Of a DNA stretch of 64,000 nucleotides, positions 61,184 through 64,000 are shown piece after piece. A program made the translations under genes and the position numbers. Position 1 is the stretch's first letter; the number at the start of each line of letters is the position of its first letter. Origin of the DNA: an uncultured delta proteobacterium (lineage in GTDB: Bacteria; Myxococcota; Myxococcia; Myxococcales; Myxococcaceae); NCBI GenBank assembly GCA_963771175.1, contig CAVYSY010000048.1:1-64000 (forward strand), read 5' to 3'. Under the pieces are notes generated by a model, which saw nothing but the letters and a program-made list of their open reading frames with translations, was not told the DNA's origin and did not search any database.

Positions 61184-61948
61184 TCAGCCCGTCTTGCTCG
61201 ACGGCTCCTGGGGACCCTCCCTGGCGGGGGTGGGAGGCGAGGAGGGGGCCGTAGATGTCAACCGCTTCCCGGGGAGCCGCAGGTCCAGTTGCTTCACCAC
61301 CGGGACCTCCGCCCGGCACTTCGGGCAGCACGAGGCCTCCTTGCGGATGGCGGCGGCGCAGGCGGGGCAGGGGCGGCGGAAGCGAGCCTCCACCCGGTGC
61401 TCCACCCCGCCCGCGACGAGGCCGCTCACCCCCTGTACGGCGGCGAAGGCGAGCGCCAGCGGCGGGGCGAGGAAGAGGGCCACGCCCAGCCCCACGGTGC
61501 CGACCTCTTCCAGCCTGATGAGCCACTTCAGGGGGCGGAAGAAGGCGTTGTCCAGCCGGTCCACCGCCGAGTGCAGGCGCCGGCGCAGGGTGAGGCTGCC
61601 CATGGCCAGCAGAGCGCCGCCCACGCCGAGCACCCAGCCGGGGACCCCGCCCAGGGGCGCCTTCAGCGTGGCCACCATCACCAGGGCGCCGCTCGCCGCG
61701 CTCAGGCCGTACTGCACCAGCCCCAGCAGCTCGCGCAGGTCGTCGTCGCGGTACATGAGGGTCTCGAAGCCGAGCACCACCGCGAAGGCAGCCATGGGCC
61801 CGGGGCGCGCCACCCACGTCAGCTCGGGTGGCAGCGTCACGTGGCCCGTGAGCGCGGCCACCGCCACCGCCAGCAGGCCGAGCCCCGCGCGAGTTCCCGC
61901 GGCGCTGCCCAGGCCGAGCGCCTGCGAGACGAGCGCGAAGGGCGTCAT
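61184..61948 (-). CDS. DUF4126-like membrane protein with C-terminal zinc ribbon
   Basis: LGLGSAAG.RA..LL, LP..L.W; several TM helices; CPAC...CPKC. Confidence 0.65.
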   Translation of the reverse strand: MTPFALVSQALGLGSAAGTRAGLGLLAVAVAALTGHVTLPPELTWVARPGPMAAFAVVLGFETLMYRDDDLRELLGLVQYGLSAASGALVMVATLKAPLGGVPGWVLGVGGALLAMGSLTLRRRLHSAVDRLDNAFFRPLKWLIRLEEVGTVGLGVALFLAPPLALAFAAVQGVSGLVAGGVEHRVEARFRRPCPACAAAIRKEASCCPKCRAEVPVVKQLDLRLPGKRLTSTAPSSPPTPAREGPQEPSSKTG

Positions 61949-62637
61949 GGCGTTGCTCCCGGGAGCGCGCCGAGCCAGCCCCGCGCCGTCGCGAGCCACA
62001 GCACCACGGCCGCCACGGCGGCAATCAGCGCGAGCAGCAGCGCGCCCCACCCGGCGAGCAGCACCACCTCCCATGGGGCCACGGGCAGGCCCTGGCTCTC
62101 GCGCTGGAGCTGCCACGAGAGGTAGCGCCGGATGAAGAGGCCGGAGAGGGTTATCTGGACGGCGCTCAGCGCCAGCTTGAGCAGGGGCCCCACGGCGGGG
62201 ATGAAGGTGAGCAGCTCCAGCAGGGCGACAGAGGCCGCCAGGATGCAGCCACCGGCCAGCCGCAGCGTCAGGCGCGAGACCAGCCCTCGCTGGGGCGTGA
62301 GGAGCCGCATCGCGGGCCGCAGCAGCTTGAAGCGCATCCAGTCGAACGCCACCGCGAGGAGAATGGAGTTGGCCAGGGGGAACCAGCTCGCGGCCATGGA
62401 CGCCACGGACACCAGCCCCACCACCACGCCCAGGTGCAACGCCGAGCGCGAGGTGTGCAGTCCGTGCAGGACGGCCCGGTCCGAGGGGCTCGGGAGCGTC
62501 TCTTCACCACAGCGGGGGCAGGGCCTGCCGCGCAGCGCGGTGCCTCCGGGAATCCGCTCGGCGCAACCACGGCAGCGGCCAGAGAGCAGCAGGGCCAGCG
62601 CGTGGGTCTGTTCAGGGGCAAGGGAGGTGGAATCCAT
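61945..62637 (-). CDS. Membrane protein with N-terminal zinc ribbon
   Basis: CRGC...CPRC followed by about 5 TM helices; ATGA overlap with the downstream gene. Confidence 0.6.
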   Translation of the reverse strand: MDSTSLAPEQTHALALLLSGRCRGCAERIPGGTALRGRPCPRCGEETLPSPSDRAVLHGLHTSRSALHLGVVVGLVSVASMAASWFPLANSILLAVAFDWMRFKLLRPAMRLLTPQRGLVSRLTLRLAGGCILAASVALLELLTFIPAVGPLLKLALSAVQITLSGLFIRRYLSWQLQRESQGLPVAPWEVVLLAGWGALLLALIAAVAAVVLWLATARGWLGALPGATP

Positions 62638-62708
62638 CACGGTGTCTTCCCGCCAGCCGGAGTGCAGGGACACACCGGCTGCCATCATGGCTCAATCCAG
62701 GAGGGAGC

Positions 62709-64000
62709 TCAGCGAACGGCCCAGGTCGTCGGCGGGACGTGGAACACGAGGTCCGGCCGGCCCACCGGCGTGAGGCTCGACGCCCCCGCCTGCAGCGAGC
62801 CCGCCAGCGTGGGCACCACCTTGAAGCGAGCGCTGAAGGGCTCGGCCGCGCCTCGCGGTGGGAGGGTGAGGCTCACCGCCCCGTCCTCCACCTCGTAGGC
62901 CGACACCCGCCCCTCGCGCACCAGCGCATCGAGGCTCGCGCGGTCCACCTGCACGCCCGCGGGCAGTCCCTGGCGCAGCGTGAGCCCCATGCCCGAGGGC
63001 GATGCCGCCTGCACCGTCAGTTCCACCGGCATTCCCACCTTCGCCTCGGCCGGGCCCTTCACGGCGAGCTCCAGCCCACGGCCCGCTTCCTCCGCGCGCC
63101 ACGGCACGTAGGCCGCCAGCGTGAGGGAGAAGCCCAACCCGGGCACCGCCGGCTCCGCGCGCACCGCCCACGTGTGCGCCCCCGCGGAGCCGGGCACCGC
63201 CCCCTCCAGCGCGAGCACCTCGCGCAGCGCCTTCGCGTCGAGCGTCCCCTCCGTCACCACCTTCCCGTCCCGCTCCAGCACCACCCGCACCTGGGGCGGC
63301 AGCGGCTCCTTGAAGAGCGTCAGCGCCGCCCGGAGTCCCACGTGGTTGGCGCGCCCGTCTCCCCAGCCCGCGCTCGGGCCGGTAGCCCGCGAGCAGCGAG
63401 GTGCCCAGGTCCGCCAGCGGCGCCTCCTTGTCCTCCGCGAGCGCCAGCACCGCGAGCGCGGTGGCCTCGGTCTCCGACGGCGCGAGCCCATCCGCGCGCA
63501 CCACATCGGCGTCCACCGGCAGGAAGGCCGAGCCGTCCGGCCGCTTCTTCAACGCCTCGCGCACCTGCTTGCGCAGCGTGTCCCGCACCGAGCCGGACAC
63601 GCCGCCGCTCGCGAGGATCGCCGCCGCCGTGTACCCGTCCCGCACCCGCGACAGGTAGCGCTCGAAGGCACCCGCCGCGCGTGCATGGAAGGCGGAGGCC
63701 CGGCGTCCGCCCTCGGGCGAGCCCGCGCCGGCCCGCGCACCGTTCGGGAGCAGTCCGCGGTGGCCACCAGCAGCCGCTGCAGCGTCCAGCCATCCGCGCC
63801 CTGGCACGTCCCGTCAGGACGCTGGGCCGAGGCCACCTGCGAGGACAGTCGCTCCCCCAGGCGCGCCAGCACGGGGTTGTCCGGGTGCGCCAGCGCCGCC
63901 TCGGCCAGCAGCGCCGCGGTGGCCACGTCCGGCGCGCGGCCGGCCCGCAGCACCCGCTGCCCGGCGAGGGCCGCCATGCGCTTGAGCTCCTCCGCGTCCG
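62709..64000 (-). CDS. C-terminal part of an alpha-2-macroglobulin-like protein (frameshifted; start lies beyond the right edge)
   Basis: Helical AQRPDG, EATALAVLAL, GWGD region followed by a beta-sandwich ..LPAGVQVD...F.VVPTLAG.L end typical of the A2M receptor-binding domain. Confidence 0.6.

Overview
A 64 kb high-GC window that reads as chromosomal DNA from a myxobacterium of the Myxococcaceae/Archangiaceae type. The taxon is inferred from Myxococcus cysteine-rich repeats, DUF2381 and DUF2378 paralogues, PEGA/TPR/kinase modules and a SitA-like lipoprotein toxin. It holds about 50 protein-coding genes. I saw no rRNA, tRNA, CRISPR array, integrase or transposase. Many genes carry single-base frameshifts, clustered at about 1-2.8 kb, 13.7-15.5 kb and 19.6-23 kb; these look like long-read consensus errors rather than pseudogenes. 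The most promising candidate system is at 36.7-42.3 kb: a divergent XRE regulator, a short DUF2381, a membrane Ser/Thr kinase that appears to contain an internally initiated in-frame lipoprotein, a catalytically degenerate pseudokinase, and two lower-GC cysteine-rich/lipoprotein genes. Other leads: a lipoprotein HNH-like toxin with SUKH-type immunity gene; an orphan Imm52 cassette flanked by inverted repeats and twin palindromes; a coupled pair of membrane-fused spermidine-synthase-like proteins with altered catalytic motifs and an upstream ORF; a shared sigma32-like promoter signature on scattered stress genes; and a two-repeat unknown protein behind a structured AT-rich leader. All family assignments come from motif recognition by eye, not from database searches.
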